Part shown: positions 21,138 to 31,609 of the stretch, one piece after another
Position numbering within the stretch: the first letter of the stretch is position 1
Layout: every line of letters begins with the position of its first letter
DNA from: Alphaproteobacteria bacterium
Lineage (GTDB): Bacteria; Pseudomonadota; Alphaproteobacteria; UBA11222
Assembly: GCA_038318895.1 (NCBI GenBank)
Contig: JBBQCS010000003.1
Span: 9,381 to 73,380, forward strand
DNA: 64,000 nucleotides
Direction: 5' to 3'
The notes under the pieces: model-generated
The model's input: the letters and a program-made list of their open reading frames with translations, nothing else
Told to the model about the DNA's origin: nothing
The model's database searches: none
Translations under genes and position numbers: made by a program

Positions 21138-22028
21138 ATGCCTGTAGCCAGTATGACCGGTTTTGGCCACGCCGACGGAGAATATGAAGCGTTTCGCTGG
21201 ACCTGGGAACTTCGCAGCGTTAACGGACGCGGGCTTGATGTGCGCGTGCGGATACCATCTGACTTATCCGCATTGGAAAGCACGATCCGCGACAAAACTG
21301 CGCAGAAGTTCAAGCGCGGCAATATCCAGATCAGCTTGCAGACCAGCCGCAGCACGGGCGGTGAAACGCAGATCAAAATCAATCATGATGCCTTGCAACA
21401 AGTGCTTTCCATTCTGGCCGAGATTGAAGATCAGGCCGGGCTGGCCCCTTCCACCGCCAGTGGCATCCTTAATATTCGCGGTGTTGTCGAGCAGGTTGAG
21501 CCAGTCGAAACCGAAGTGGCGCGTGAAGCGCGCCTTGCCGGTGTGTTGCAAAGTTTTGAAATGGCGCTTGCCGATCTTTTCGCGTCTCGCGCCGCTGAAG
21601 GTAAACGTTTGCACACCGTGGTGTCAGGTCAGATTGACGAGATGGCGCGGCTTACAACCGCCGCAGAAGGCCGCGCTGCAACAGCAGTCACACTGCTGCG
21701 GCAAAAACTAAGCGAGCAACTCGCAGCACTGCTTGGAAACGCGTCGACGCTCTCTGAAGAGCGCCTTACACAGGAAGTGGCCCTGCTTGCAACCAAAGCC
21801 GACATACGTGAAGAAATCGACCGGCTGAACGCCCATGTGGCCAATGCGCAAAGTCTGCTGAAGGAAACCGGGCCTGTTGGCCGCAAACTGGATTTTCTCA
21901 TTCAGGAGTTCAACCGCGAAGCCAATACGTTATGTTCCAAATCTCCGGATACAGAGCTAACCCGTATCGGGCTTGACCTGAAAGTGCAGATTGAGCAGCT
22001 TCGTGAACAGATTCAGAACATCGAATAG
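21138..22028 (+). CDS. yicC: YicC-family stress-induced protein
   Basis: MTGFGHADGE…WELRSVNGRGLDVRVRIP is the YicC N-terminal domain, and the C-terminal DUF1732 region is present. Confidence 0.85.
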   Translation: MPVASMTGFGHADGEYEAFRWTWELRSVNGRGLDVRVRIPSDLSALESTIRDKTAQKFKRGNIQISLQTSRSTGGETQIKINHDALQQVLSILAEIEDQAGLAPSTASGILNIRGVVEQVEPVETEVAREARLAGVLQSFEMALADLFASRAAEGKRLHTVVSGQIDEMARLTTAAEGRAATAVTLLRQKLSEQLAALLGNASTLSEERLTQEVALLATKADIREEIDRLNAHVANAQSLLKETGPVGRKLDFLIQEFNREANTLCSKSPDTELTRIGLDLKVQIEQLREQIQNIE

Positions 22029-22036
22029 ACGGGAAT

Positions 22037-22675
22037 ATGGCGCGTATTGATCTCCATCGCCGTGGCCTGATGCTGGTGCTTTCCTCACCATCGGGCGCTG
22101 GCAAGACAACCCTCTCGCGATTGCTGCTGGCAAGTGAACCTGATCTTGCCATGTCCATATCAGTGACGACACGCCCGATGCGCCCCGGAGAAGTCGAGGG
22201 CAAAGATTATTATTTTATTCCGCAGACCGAGTTCATCGCGCGCCGCGATAGAGGTGAGTTTCTGGAGCATGCTCTGGTATTCAATCATTATTATGGAACG
22301 CCTGCGGACATGGTCGAAGCCGTTTTAAAATCCGCCAAAGATGTGCTGTTTGACATTGACTGGCAGGGAACCCAGCAGCTAAAGGCGCGCGCCCGTGAAG
22401 ACCTGGTTTCAGTATTTATTTTACCACCGTCCCAGCATGATTTGCAAAAGCGCCTGACCACCCGCGCGCAGGACAGCGCAGAAATCGTTGCAGGGCGGAT
22501 GGCCAAGGCGTCGGATGAAATGAGCCATTGGCCCGAATATGATTATGTCATCGTCAACGATGATGTTGAAACCGCGCATCAGCAATTACGCGCAATCCTG
22601 ACCGCCGAACGGCTGCGCCGAGAACGCCAGACCAGCCTGCCGGACTTTGTAAAAAAACTGCGTAACGGTGGTTAA
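22037..22675 (+). CDS. gmk: Guanylate kinase
   Basis: P-loop LSSPSGAGKTTL on a 212-aa guanylate kinase fold. Confidence 0.9.
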   Translation: MARIDLHRRGLMLVLSSPSGAGKTTLSRLLLASEPDLAMSISVTTRPMRPGEVEGKDYYFIPQTEFIARRDRGEFLEHALVFNHYYGTPADMVEAVLKSAKDVLFDIDWQGTQQLKARAREDLVSVFILPPSQHDLQKRLTTRAQDSAEIVAGRMAKASDEMSHWPEYDYVIVNDDVETAHQQLRAILTAERLRRERQTSLPDFVKKLRNGG

Positions 22676-22679
22676 CGCC

Positions 22680-23270
22680 TCACTGCTCTGGCTTGAACGC
22701 AATGGCGCGTTTCACGGCTTCGCGTTTTTGCTCGGAGGTCAGACGCGCTGCGAGCGTCACCAATTCTTCTGCATCAAATTCGAGAAAGCCATTCTTGGCG
22801 GACAGATAATACCATTTATAGGCTTCAACTAGATCCTGCTTGCCCGCTTCACCTGAACTGTACAACCGTCCCAGATTGAACTGGCAATTCGCGACGTTGC
22901 GCGCAGCGCATCTGCCATACCAATAGGCGGCTTTTTCAATCGACTGCTCACCCCCGGCGCCTGCTTCCAGGAATGAGCCAAGGGCGAATTGGGCCCCTGG
23001 ATGCCCGCCCTCCGCCGCCATGGCGTACCATTTTGCCGCTTCGGGAAGGTTTTCCGGCTCTACACCGCCAGATTCGTAATAGTCACCCAAACGGAATTCG
23101 GCTTCGTGATCCTGGTGTGTTTCGGACGCCTGCTTCCACCAGGAAACAGCTTCCTGATACCGCCCGCTATCAAACAGTTCCTTGCCCTGATCGGCCAGGG
23201 CCGACGTTACGCTGACAGTCAGCCAGCCCGTCAGCAGTACCAGCAACGTAAACGAGAATTTATGGCTCAA
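22680..23270 (-). CDS. Sel1-repeat (TPR-like) protein, secreted
   Basis: Signal peptide followed by several Sel1 repeats (…GDYYESGGVEPENLPEAAKWYAMAAEGGHPGAQFALG…). Confidence 0.75.
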   Translation of the reverse strand: MSHKFSFTLLVLLTGWLTVSVTSALADQGKELFDSGRYQEAVSWWKQASETHQDHEAEFRLGDYYESGGVEPENLPEAAKWYAMAAEGGHPGAQFALGSFLEAGAGGEQSIEKAAYWYGRCAARNVANCQFNLGRLYSSGEAGKQDLVEAYKWYYLSAKNGFLEFDAEELVTLAARLTSEQKREAVKRAIAFKPEQ

Positions 23271-23992
23271 CGCGCGACCGGCTTATATTTGATATCCCTC
23301 GCCATACGAATGGCGTCACGAACCTGAATGGGCTCCATGGTACGGCTGAGCTTTTCTAGCGCAGGACCGCCAAACTCAACAAAGCCCTGTTGGGCCGCTA
23401 GATAGTACCACATATAGGCGGCGACTGGATCCTTGCCGACGCCAGTACCATCTTCATACATAACGGCAATATTGTATTGGCAGGCAACCTGGCCTCTCTC
23501 GGCGCCAGCCAGATACCAGCGCGCCGCCTGCTCCGGAGACTTTTCAACCCCCAAGCCATCATCATAGAGTGCGCCAAGATCAAAATGTGCCCGTTCATCA
23601 CCTAGTTCCGCTGCCAGGAGAAGCCATTTCGCCGCTTCTTGAAAGTCACGTTCTACGATCACATCCTTGTCTCGCGCCACCCCATCGCGATAGGCGGCCC
23701 CCACGCGATACATTGCGTTTACACTGCCCTTTTGCGCAGCGTCTTTCCACCAGGTCATCGCATTTTCATAATGACCTCGCTTATAGAGCTGGTCCCCTTC
23801 ATCAATATCCTGTTCAGGCGCCTTTGCGCTTTTCGTCTCGGTCGCAGCCATTGCGGCACCCGCGATAGACAAACCCAGCAATGCCGAGGCAAGAACCCCA
23901 AACAGTTGATACGGTAATTTCATGGCAAAACCCTTTTGATCGCGGTCCCGATGGAGCATGTACAATATAGTAAACCAGGGTACCGATGCCAA
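23267..23992 (-). CDS. Sel1-repeat (TPR-like) protein, secreted
   Basis: Repeats such as …AMYRVGAAYRDGVARDKDVIVERDFQEAAKWLLLAAELGDERAHFDLGALY…. The probable start is the Met at 23923, before the signal peptide MKLPYQLFGVLASALLGLSIAGAAMA. Its stop overlaps the downstream paralog start. Confidence 0.75.
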   Translation of the reverse strand: MASVPWFTILYMLHRDRDQKGFAMKLPYQLFGVLASALLGLSIAGAAMAATETKSAKAPEQDIDEGDQLYKRGHYENAMTWWKDAAQKGSVNAMYRVGAAYRDGVARDKDVIVERDFQEAAKWLLLAAELGDERAHFDLGALYDDGLGVEKSPEQAARWYLAGAERGQVACQYNIAVMYEDGTGVGKDPVAAYMWYYLAAQQGFVEFGGPALEKLSRTMEPIQVRDAIRMARDIKYKPVAR

Positions 23993-24016
23993 TGGCGAAA
24001 CAAATTTTCTTGATTG

Positions 24017-24628
24017 CTATTGAGGCGTATCGAACGTGCGCGCCGATATAAGGCCTGTCTCGGTCACAATTTCGTCCAGACGCGCATCATTGTCATTAAC
24101 CGGAACCTGCTGCACCCGCTGCCCTGAAAACCCGAGCCCGATAGCCTGTCTGCATTTCCCAGCCGCGCGCAGGACCGCAAGGCTGCGGTCATAGAACCCC
24201 CCGCCATAGCCTAACCGGTAGCCTCTGCGGTCGAATGCCAGCAAAGGGACAATAACCACGTCCGGCAAAACCTCCGGCATGCCCTGTTTGGGGCCGAAAG
24301 TACCAAATCCTGCCGGGACGAGAGGCCTACCGGGCATCCACTCCCGGAAAATCAGTTGCCCGGAATCCCCGGCAATGACAGGCAGCGCCAACCGCCCCCC
24401 CTTGGCCGCTATGCCTTCCAGCAGGGGCCGGGAATCAAATTCGTCGCGCATGGGCCAATAACCCGCGACCACGACGCCCGAAGGAAATACTACGGATTTC
24501 AGGAAATGCCTGGCCGCGGAGATATATGTTTCGGAGTCGGAACTTTTAAACATTTTCGCACGTTTCACACGCTGGGCCGCGCGCATATCGGCTTTCAGAC
24601 GGTCTGTTTGTGCATTTCCGTTTGCCAC
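24017..24628 (-). CDS. 5-formyltetrahydrofolate cyclo-ligase
   Basis: 203 aa in the MTHFS family (…VVIVPLLAFDRRGYRLGYGGGFYDRSL…). Confidence 0.85.
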   Translation of the reverse strand: MANGNAQTDRLKADMRAAQRVKRAKMFKSSDSETYISAARHFLKSVVFPSGVVVAGYWPMRDEFDSRPLLEGIAAKGGRLALPVIAGDSGQLIFREWMPGRPLVPAGFGTFGPKQGMPEVLPDVVIVPLLAFDRRGYRLGYGGGFYDRSLAVLRAAGKCRQAIGLGFSGQRVQQVPVNDNDARLDEIVTETGLISARTFDTPQ

Positions 24629-24634
24629 AGCGGT

Positions 24635-24952
24635 CTAGAGTGATTCCAGACGGCTGGCTATCACTTCCAGTCGGCCGGTCGATGTTTCCAGAATATTCAC
24701 CATCTTTTCTGATGCGGATTGACTTTCATCCTTGGCTTTCCTGGCCGGTTCGGTAGCCTCACTCAATTCATCTGCAATCACAATCCCCGCCATAAGCAGC
24801 AATTGCGCATCGCTTAGATTTGCGCCAGCCCCCCGTAATGCGGTGATCTTCGCGTCCACATATTGTGACAGTTCACGCAGATGCGGCTCCTCGCCATCCC
24901 CGCATGTCAAATCATATTCGCGGCCATTCACCCGTACAGTAACTTGCGCCAT
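24635..24952 (-). CDS. zapA: Cell division protein ZapA
   Basis: 105 aa beginning MAQVTVRVNGREYDLTCGDGEEPHLRELSQYVDAKI, the ZapA family signature. Confidence 0.85.
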   Translation of the reverse strand: MAQVTVRVNGREYDLTCGDGEEPHLRELSQYVDAKITALRGAGANLSDAQLLLMAGIVIADELSEATEPARKAKDESQSASEKMVNILETSTGRLEVIASRLESL

Positions 24953-24985
24953 TGCCTATTATCCTGTTTTTTCAGCCGGTGTCTT

Positions 24986-25264
24986 TCAAGCGCCCAAAAC
25001 TTCGTGCAGGCTGGAAATTGTTCCATCCAGCCGTTTGGTGGCTACCTGCTGCCGCTTAAGAACGGCATCGTATGATTTCCGCAACCCGGCATGTTCTGCT
25101 TGCAGCGCCGCATGGCTCGCCTTCAGCCGCGTCAGTTCCTGCGTAACCGCATCGTACTGACTTTGCCGCTGCTGCATCGCCGCAAGCGCGCGCTCGACAT
25201 CCGATATCGCCTTTGCAAACCGTTCCTGCGCTTGTTCCAGCGACGCCATACCTATAGACCTCAT
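24986..25264 (-). CDS. DUF4164-family coiled-coil protein (frequent zapA neighbour in alphaproteobacteria)
   Basis: Coiled-coil sequence MRSIGMASLEQAQERFAKAISDVERALAAMQ…. The ORF-track N-terminal extension to 25552 looks like a non-coding read-through. Confidence 0.55.
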   Translation of the reverse strand: MRSIGMASLEQAQERFAKAISDVERALAAMQQRQSQYDAVTQELTRLKASHAALQAEHAGLRKSYDAVLKRQQVATKRLDGTISSLHEVLGA

Positions 25265-25397
25265 ATTCCAATGATTCCCACGCACTTTAGGCGTCAAACA
25301 GCTCTTAAAGCAATATCCGCTTGATATGCATCCTTCACTTGACGGCTGCGCCTCAAAATGGTCAATCAGTTGGAAAGTTTTTAGGGAGCATGACAAC

Positions 25398-27416
25398 GTG
25401 GGAACGGCAGAAACGGCGGACACAACAGGCCAGTTTTTAGGAACGGTACAACGCAGCATGGCCAATGCGATCCGCGCGCTCAGCATGGATGCAGTGCAAA
25501 AAGCGAATTCTGGCCATCCGGGCATGCCGATGGGCATGGCGGACGTGGCCACCGTGCTGTTTACCCAGTTCCTGAAATTTGACCCCGCCGATCCGAAATG
25601 GCCGGACCGCGACCGTTTCGTGCTGTCGGCCGGACATGGCTCGATGCTGCTCTATTCCGTGCTGCACCTCACCGGTTATGCCGATATGACCATGCAGGAA
25701 ATCATGAATTTCCGGCAATTGGGCGGGTTGTGCGCCGGGCATACCGAGTATGGCCATGTGGCTGGCATTGAAACCACCACCGGTCCCTTGGGCCAGGGGC
25801 TTGGCAACGCGGTCGGTATGGCAATAGCCGAACGCCTGCTGGCGGAGCAGTTCGGGCCTGAGATTGTGGATCATTACACCTATGCGATGGCGGGTGATGG
25901 CTGCCTGATGGAAGGCATCAGCCATGAAGCGCTGGGGCTGGCCGGACATTTGAAACTGAACAAGCTGATCGTGCTGTTCGATGATAACAGCATCACTATT
26001 GACGGCGCGACCAAACTTTCCACCAGTGAAGACGTACTGGCGCGCATCCGCGCCTATGGCTGGAACACTATATCCGTTGACGGGCATGATCCGGCGGCCA
26101 TCGCCCATGCGCTGGCGCACGCAAAACTCGGCGACAAGCCGACATTGATCGCGTGCAAGACCACCATCGGGTTCGGCGCACCGAATAAGGCCGGTACTTC
26201 TGATGTGCATGGCTCGCCGCTTGGCGACAAAGAAATCGCCGCCGCGCGCGAGGCCCTGGGCTGGACGGCGCCCCCCTTTGAAATACCTGAAAATATTCTG
26301 AAAGCCTGGCGTAGATTTGGCGGACGCGGCGCGACCCAATCCGCCGCCTGGAAGCAGCGTCTTGCCGCCATGGAACCAAAAGTCCGCGCAGAATTTGAAC
26401 GCCGCCTGTCCGGGGCATTACCAAAAGGCCTGGATGCGGCGATCAGCACATTCAAGAAAAAGCTGGCCGACGAAAAACCCACTGTTGCTACCCGGAAGGC
26501 GTCGCAAAATACACTGGACGTGATCAACGCCATTGTGCCGGAAACCATTGGCGGTTCGGCTGATCTTAGCGGTTCGGTCAACACCAAGTCGGCGGGCATG
26601 AACCCTGTGACGCCGGATGATTTTAGCGGGCGTTATATCTATTACGGCATCCGCGAGCATGGCATGGCCGCAACCATGAATGGCATGGCGGTGCATGGCG
26701 GCGTCATTCCCTACAGCGGCACATTCCTGGTGTTCAGCGACTATTGCCGGCCGTCGATACGGCTGGCTGCGATGATGCGCCAGCGGGTCATCCATGTGAT
26801 GACCCATGATTCCATCGGCCTGGGCGAGGACGGGCCAACCCATCAGCCAGTCGAGCATCTGGCCGGCCTGCGCGCAATTCCTGACCTGCTGGTATTACGC
26901 CCCGCAGATGCGACGGAAACCGCCGAGTGCTGGCAGCTCGCGCTGCAATCCGCAGACCGGCCCAGCATTATCAGCCTGACGCGGCAGAACCTGGCCCCTG
27001 CCCGGCTGGACTATGTGGAAGAAAATCTTTGTGCGCGCGGAGCCTATGAATTGCTGGCCGCCACCGGCAAGGCGCAGGTCACACTGATCGCCACCGGCTC
27101 GGAAGTCGAAATCGCCATCGCCGCGCGCGATCTGCTGCAGGCGGACGGGGTTGGCGCGCGTGTAGTATCGGCGCCATGTCTGGAATTATTCGATATGCAG
27201 CCGCCGGAATATCGCAGCAAAACCCTGGGAGTGGATACGGTCCGTATATCCATCGAGGCCGCCAGCACCTTTGGCTGGGACCGATATGTGGGGGAGAAAG
27301 GCGGCTTGATTGGCATCAATAGCTTTGGCGCCAGCGCGCCCTATAAAGAACTATATAAACATTACGGTTTAACACCGCAGGCAGTGGCGCAAACGGCGCG
27401 TGACCTGCTCGCATAG
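25398..27416 (+). CDS. tkt: Transketolase
   Basis: …[30 protein letters not shown]… plus TPP-binding [13 protein letters not shown]. The GTG at 25398 is preceded by an AGGGAG RBS; the ORF track starts upstream at 25326. Confidence 0.9.
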   Translation: MGTAETADTTGQFLGTVQRSMANAIRALSMDAVQKANSGHPGMPMGMADVATVLFTQFLKFDPADPKWPDRDRFVLSAGHGSMLLYSVLHLTGYADMTMQEIMNFRQLGGLCAGHTEYGHVAGIETTTGPLGQGLGNAVGMAIAERLLAEQFGPEIVDHYTYAMAGDGCLMEGISHEALGLAGHLKLNKLIVLFDDNSITIDGATKLSTSEDVLARIRAYGWNTISVDGHDPAAIAHALAHAKLGDKPTLIACKTTIGFGAPNKAGTSDVHGSPLGDKEIAAAREALGWTAPPFEIPENILKAWRRFGGRGATQSAAWKQRLAAMEPKVRAEFERRLSGALPKGLDAAISTFKKKLADEKPTVATRKASQNTLDVINAIVPETIGGSADLSGSVNTKSAGMNPVTPDDFSGRYIYYGIREHGMAATMNGMAVHGGVIPYSGTFLVFSDYCRPSIRLAAMMRQRVIHVMTHDSIGLGEDGPTHQPVEHLAGLRAIPDLLVLRPADATETAECWQLALQSADRPSIISLTRQNLAPARLDYVEENLCARGAYELLAATGKAQVTLIATGSEVEIAIAARDLLQADGVGARVVSAPCLELFDMQPPEYRSKTLGVDTVRISIEAASTFGWDRYVGEKGGLIGINSFGASAPYKELYKHYGLTPQAVAQTARDLLA

Positions 27417-27437
27417 GCAAGATAGGAGAGAAAAGTC

Positions 27438-28445
27438 ATGGCATTGCGCGTAGCAATTAACGGATTTGGACGTATTGGACGCAACATTTTGCGGGGCATC
27501 GTGGAATCCGGCCGCAAGGATATTCAGGTTGTCGCTCTGAACGACCTTGGCCCGGTCGAGACCAACGCGCACCTACTGCGTTTTGATTCTGTACATGGAC
27601 GGTTTCCCGGCACAGTAACCACGACCGACGACAGCATTGATTGCGGCACCGGCCCGATCAAGGTGACGGCCGAACGCGATCCCGCCAAGCTGCCCTGGAA
27701 AGATTTGAACATCGACATCGCGATGGAATGCACCGGCTTTTTCACCAGCCGGGACGACGCCGCAAAGCATCTTGCCGCCGGGGCCAAGCGCGTACTGATT
27801 TCGGCCCCTGCCACGAATGCGGATCTGACCGTGGTGTACGGTGTCAACCATGACAAGCTGACCGCGGAACACACCGTTGTTTCGAACGCGTCATGCACCA
27901 CCAATTGCCTGGCCCCGGTTGCGATGGTGTTGCATGAGACTGTGGGTATTCTGCAGGGCTTCATGACCACCATCCACGCCTATACCGGTGATCAGCCAAC
28001 ACTGGACACGATGCATTCTGATTTATACCGCGGACGCGCCGCTGCTTTATCGATGATCCCGACTTCCACCGGCGCCGCCAAGGCTGTTGGTCTGGTGTTG
28101 CCGGAACTTGCGGGAAAACTTGATGGCACCGCCATTCGCGTACCAACGCCGAATGTGTCGGTGATTGATCTGGTGTTCAACGCCGGACGTGAAACCTCGG
28201 TCAAGGAAATTAACGATGCTATCCTGAAGGCGTCGCAAGGCAGGCTGAAAGGCGTACTGGGTGTCACCAGCACCAAGAACGTGTCGATCGATTTCAACCA
28301 TGATCCGGCGTCGAGCACATTTGCGTTCGATCAAACCCAGGTCACCGGCGGTAAACTGGTCCGTGTACTGAGCTGGTATGACAATGAATGGGGCTTCTCC
28401 AACCGCATGGCCGACACGGCCCTGGCGATGGGCAAGTTCCTGTAA
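27438..28445 (+). CDS. gap: Glyceraldehyde-3-phosphate dehydrogenase
   Basis: N-terminus [19 protein letters not shown] and the active-site [10 protein letters not shown]. Confidence 0.95.
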   Translation: MALRVAINGFGRIGRNILRGIVESGRKDIQVVALNDLGPVETNAHLLRFDSVHGRFPGTVTTTDDSIDCGTGPIKVTAERDPAKLPWKDLNIDIAMECTGFFTSRDDAAKHLAAGAKRVLISAPATNADLTVVYGVNHDKLTAEHTVVSNASCTTNCLAPVAMVLHETVGILQGFMTTIHAYTGDQPTLDTMHSDLYRGRAAALSMIPTSTGAAKAVGLVLPELAGKLDGTAIRVPTPNVSVIDLVFNAGRETSVKEINDAILKASQGRLKGVLGVTSTKNVSIDFNHDPASSTFAFDQTQVTGGKLVRVLSWYDNEWGFSNRMADTALAMGKFL

Positions 28446-28455
28446 AGTCAAGGCC

Positions 28456-29649
28456 ATGCCCTATCGCACACTGGATGATATTGATGTTGCCGGCAAACGG
28501 GTAATTGTCCGTGTCGACATCAACGTCCCGATTAAAGATGGCAAGGTTACAGACGCCACGCGCATTGACCGTGTGGTACCCACCATTCGGGAGCTTGCCG
28601 AAAAGGGCGCGCAGGTTATTTTGCTCGCCCATTTTGGGCGGCCAAAGGGACAGATCGTCAGTGATATGTCCCTGGCGCCTGTCGCGGGACCTCTGTCGAA
28701 AGCATTGGGACGGCCTGTGCTGTTCGCGTCGGACTGCATCGGTCAGGTCGCGCAGGCCGCGGTCCAGTCGTTGCATGATGGTGAAGTGGTTCTGCTGGAA
28801 AACACCCGTTTCCATGCCGGCGAAGAAAAAAACGATAAAGATTTTGCCAATAATCTGGCCGAACTGGGCGAAATCTATGTGAACGATGCATTTTCGGCGG
28901 CCCACCGGGCGCATGCCTCAACCGAAGGCATAGCACATTTGCTGCCATCCGTTGCCGGGCGCGGCATGCAGGCCGAACTTGACGCGCTTGCAAAAGCACT
29001 AAGCAACCCTGCGCGCCCGCTGGTGGCAGTCGTAGGTGGCGCGAAGATTTCTTCCAAACTGGACCTGTTGGGAAACCTCGTGCAGCGGGCCGACTGCCTG
29101 GTCATCGGCGGCGGCATGGCGAATACGTTTCTGGCGGCCCTTGGCAAGCCGGTCGGCGCGTCATTGTGCGAACATGACCTGGGTGAAACGGCACGCGATA
29201 TCATGGATAAAGCCAAGGCGGCCGGATGCGAGGTTTTGTTGCCCTATCATGTCGTGGTGGCGAGGGAGTTCAAGGCGAACACCCCCTCAAAATCCATCCC
29301 CATTGACGCCATTGCAGCCGGCGATATGATCCTGGATGTAGGAAGCGAGGCAATCGGAGACATCGTCGCCCGGTTCGAGAATGCAAAAACCATTGTCTGG
29401 AATGGCCCGTTGGGCGCGTTTGAAATTGCGCCTTTCGATGCCGGAACCGTTGCAGCGGCCAATGCCGCCGCAAAATTGACCAAAGCGGGGCGCCTTTTAT
29501 CAGTGGCAGGCGGCGGCGATACGGTTGCCGCGCTCAACCAGGCAGGGGTTGCCGGTGATTTCAGCTATGTTTCGACTGCGGGCGGCGCTTTTCTCGAATG
29601 GCTTGAGGGCAAGGAACTGCCCGGGGTCAAGGCGCTTGAAACCGCATAA
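28456..29649 (+). CDS. pgk: Phosphoglycerate kinase
   Basis: Starts [25 protein letters not shown], the PGK N-terminus. The ORF track begins at 28378 inside gap; the ATG at 28456 is preferred. Confidence 0.9.
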   Translation: MPYRTLDDIDVAGKRVIVRVDINVPIKDGKVTDATRIDRVVPTIRELAEKGAQVILLAHFGRPKGQIVSDMSLAPVAGPLSKALGRPVLFASDCIGQVAQAAVQSLHDGEVVLLENTRFHAGEEKNDKDFANNLAELGEIYVNDAFSAAHRAHASTEGIAHLLPSVAGRGMQAELDALAKALSNPARPLVAVVGGAKISSKLDLLGNLVQRADCLVIGGGMANTFLAALGKPVGASLCEHDLGETARDIMDKAKAAGCEVLLPYHVVVAREFKANTPSKSIPIDAIAAGDMILDVGSEAIGDIVARFENAKTIVWNGPLGAFEIAPFDAGTVAAANAAAKLTKAGRLLSVAGGGDTVAALNQAGVAGDFSYVSTAGGAFLEWLEGKELPGVKALETA

Positions 29650-29677
29650 TTCAGCAAACCCATAGGAGGACATCACA

Positions 29678-30700
29678 ATGGATTTAGACGCTTTGAACAA
29701 GATCGCCAACAAGATGGTTGAAACCGGCAAGGGCATTCTGGCCGCAGATGAAAGCAGTGGCACCATCAAGAAGCGCTTTGATCAGATCAATACGGAGTCG
29801 ACCGAGACCAACCGCCGTGATTACCGCGAAATGCTGTTTCGTTCCGACGGCATGAAACATGTAAGCGGCGTCATTTTGTTCGATGAAACCATCTGGCAAA
29901 AGGCGGCGGACGGAACGCCGCTGGTGAAGGTTATTGAAAATGCGGGCGCCGTTCCCGGCATCAAAGTCGATGAAGGCACCGAAGCGATCACCGGAACATC
30001 TGGCGAGCTCATCACCAAGGGGCTTGATGGTCTTTCCGCCCGACTGCCAAAATATTATGAGGCTGGGGCACGTTTCGCCAAATGGCGCGCGGTAATCGAC
30101 CCGGTCGCCGGACGGCACTCGCATACCGGCATTCTGGCCAACGCCCATGCGCTGGCCCGCTACGCCAATCTCTGCCAGGCGAACAATATCGTGCCCATCG
30201 TCGAGCCGGAAGTTCTGATGGACGGGGATAATGACATTGACGCCTGTTACGCCGTCACCCAGTGGGTGCTTAAGGAAACTTTCCAGCAACTTTACTATAT
30301 GAACGTCCCGCTGGAAGGAATTGTGCTGAAGCCAAACATGATTATCCCTGGCAAGAAGAGTGGGAAAAAGGCGGGTATTGCTCAAATCGCTGAGAGGACA
30401 GTGAAATGCCTTAAGAGTTGTGTGCCCGCGGCGGTGCCGGGCATCGCGTTTCTGTCTGGTGGCCAGTCCGATGAAGAGGCTACGGCCCATCTCAGCGCCA
30501 TGAACGCGCTTGGCAATCTGCCCTGGAAGCTGACTTTCTCCTACGGCCGCGCGCTGCAGCATCCTGCAATCATGGCATGGGCCGGGAAACCAGAAAATGT
30601 AAAGCGCGCGCAAACGGTGTTTACGCACCGCGCCAAGATGAATGGCCTCGCCACAAAGGGCGCATACAAGTCCGAGATGGAGCGCGAACTCGCGGCCTAG
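29678..30700 (+). CDS. fba: Fructose-bisphosphate aldolase, class I
   Basis: …GKGILAADESSGTIKKRF… is the class I FBA signature, with the Schiff-base Lys region LEGIVLKPNM. Confidence 0.9.
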   Translation: MDLDALNKIANKMVETGKGILAADESSGTIKKRFDQINTESTETNRRDYREMLFRSDGMKHVSGVILFDETIWQKAADGTPLVKVIENAGAVPGIKVDEGTEAITGTSGELITKGLDGLSARLPKYYEAGARFAKWRAVIDPVAGRHSHTGILANAHALARYANLCQANNIVPIVEPEVLMDGDNDIDACYAVTQWVLKETFQQLYYMNVPLEGIVLKPNMIIPGKKSGKKAGIAQIAERTVKCLKSCVPAAVPGIAFLSGGQSDEEATAHLSAMNALGNLPWKLTFSYGRALQHPAIMAWAGKPENVKRAQTVFTHRAKMNGLATKGAYKSEMERELAA

Positions 30701-30735
30701 CGGCCTAACGGCGGACGTAGATGACATTGTTCCTC

Positions 30736-30800
30736 TTCGTCACCACCCCCCAAATCCCCTCTCTCTCAAAGGGAGGGGGTTCCCTCCGGACCCCGGATTG
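30736..30800 (+). terminator. GC-rich hairpins downstream of fba (weak intrinsic terminator candidate, no U-run)
   Basis: CCCCTC-(11 nt)-GAGGGG followed by GGGGT-(9 nt)-ACCCC. No T tract follows. Confidence 0.2.
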
Positions 30801-30853
30801 GATTCGCCTTTCGCTCGTGGGGAGAGGTGGCGTAATAACAAGAATCAAATCAA

Positions 30854-31507
30854 GTGAACCAAACTCCTGATCCCATTACCTGCCGGTTATATCTAATCAC
30901 GCCGCCGAAAATCGATCTGGCAGGGTTTGCTGATGACCTCGCGCGTGCGTTGGATGGTGGCGATGTGGCGTGCGTGCAGTTGCGCCTCAAAGAATGTTCC
31001 GATGATGACGTGAAACGCGCCGCCGAAAAGCTGATGCCCATCGTGCATAAGCACGGTGCGGAATTTCTGATTAACGACCGGCCCGATATCGCCAAGGCTG
31101 TCAATGCGGATGGTGTGCACGTGGGCCAGCAGGATGCACCCTATAGCGTGGCGCGCAAATTACTGGGGCCAGATAAAACCATCGGCGTGACCTGTCATGA
31201 TTCCCGGCATCTGGCGATGGAGGCCGCGGAACAAGGCGCCGATTATGTGGCCTTTGGCGCGTTCTTTCCAACCATTACCAAAGATGTGGAAACCCACGCC
31301 GCGCCAGAATTGCTTACATGGTGGCAGGATACTTTTTTAATTCCGTGCGTCGCCGTCGGAGGCATCAAGGTGGAGAATTGCGGCCTGCTAGCCCAGGCCG
31401 GCGCAGATTTCATTTCCGTTTCCAGCGGGGTATGGAATTATCAGGACGGGCCAAAGGCGGCGGTCACGGCCTTCAACCGGATGATCGCGGGTGGCCGTTC
31501 ACTTTAG
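30854..31507 (+). CDS. thiE: Thiamine-phosphate synthase
   Basis: 217 aa with …LYLITPP… and …[16 protein letters not shown]…, ThiE family. Confidence 0.85.
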   Translation: MNQTPDPITCRLYLITPPKIDLAGFADDLARALDGGDVACVQLRLKECSDDDVKRAAEKLMPIVHKHGAEFLINDRPDIAKAVNADGVHVGQQDAPYSVARKLLGPDKTIGVTCHDSRHLAMEAAEQGADYVAFGAFFPTITKDVETHAAPELLTWWQDTFLIPCVAVGGIKVENCGLLAQAGADFISVSSGVWNYQDGPKAAVTAFNRMIAGGRSL

Positions 31508-31609
31508 CGGGCTGCTGCAAATTCTGATGTCCAGCGGTCCATCGCCCCTCACATAATAAACACGCCGTCGCTGATTAGTGGTGGAGGACATCAGCCAAGG
31601 CCAGCCCCC

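Noticed and set aside
24600-25400. Possible 6S RNA (ssrS) near zapA and the 5-formyl-THF cyclo-ligase, as in the E. coli zapA-ssrS-ygfA arrangement
   Set aside because: zapA and the cyclo-ligase gene are separated by only 6 nt. The flanking gaps are occupied by the DUF4164 ORF or are too short, and no 6S-like central bubble or stem structure was evident.
25264-25552. N-terminal extension of the DUF4164 ORF to 188 aa (ORF track 24986..25552)
   Set aside because: The extension is hydrophobic and Cys-rich, unlike the coiled-coil body, and overlaps the tkt promoter region. The internal Met at 25264 gives a DUF4164-sized protein.
25437-26339. 300-aa ORF antisense to tkt
   Set aside because: It lies inside the transketolase CDS, which has unambiguous motifs.
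29684-30727. 347-aa ORF antisense to fba
   Set aside because: It overlaps the whole class I aldolase gene on the opposite strand, and its translation has no recognisable features.
30701-30853. Possible TPP riboswitch upstream of thiE
   Set aside because: No THI-box core (CUGAGA / ACCUGAUCUGGAUAAUGCCAGCG-like) could be found by eye. I left it as a finding for an Rfam check rather than annotating it.
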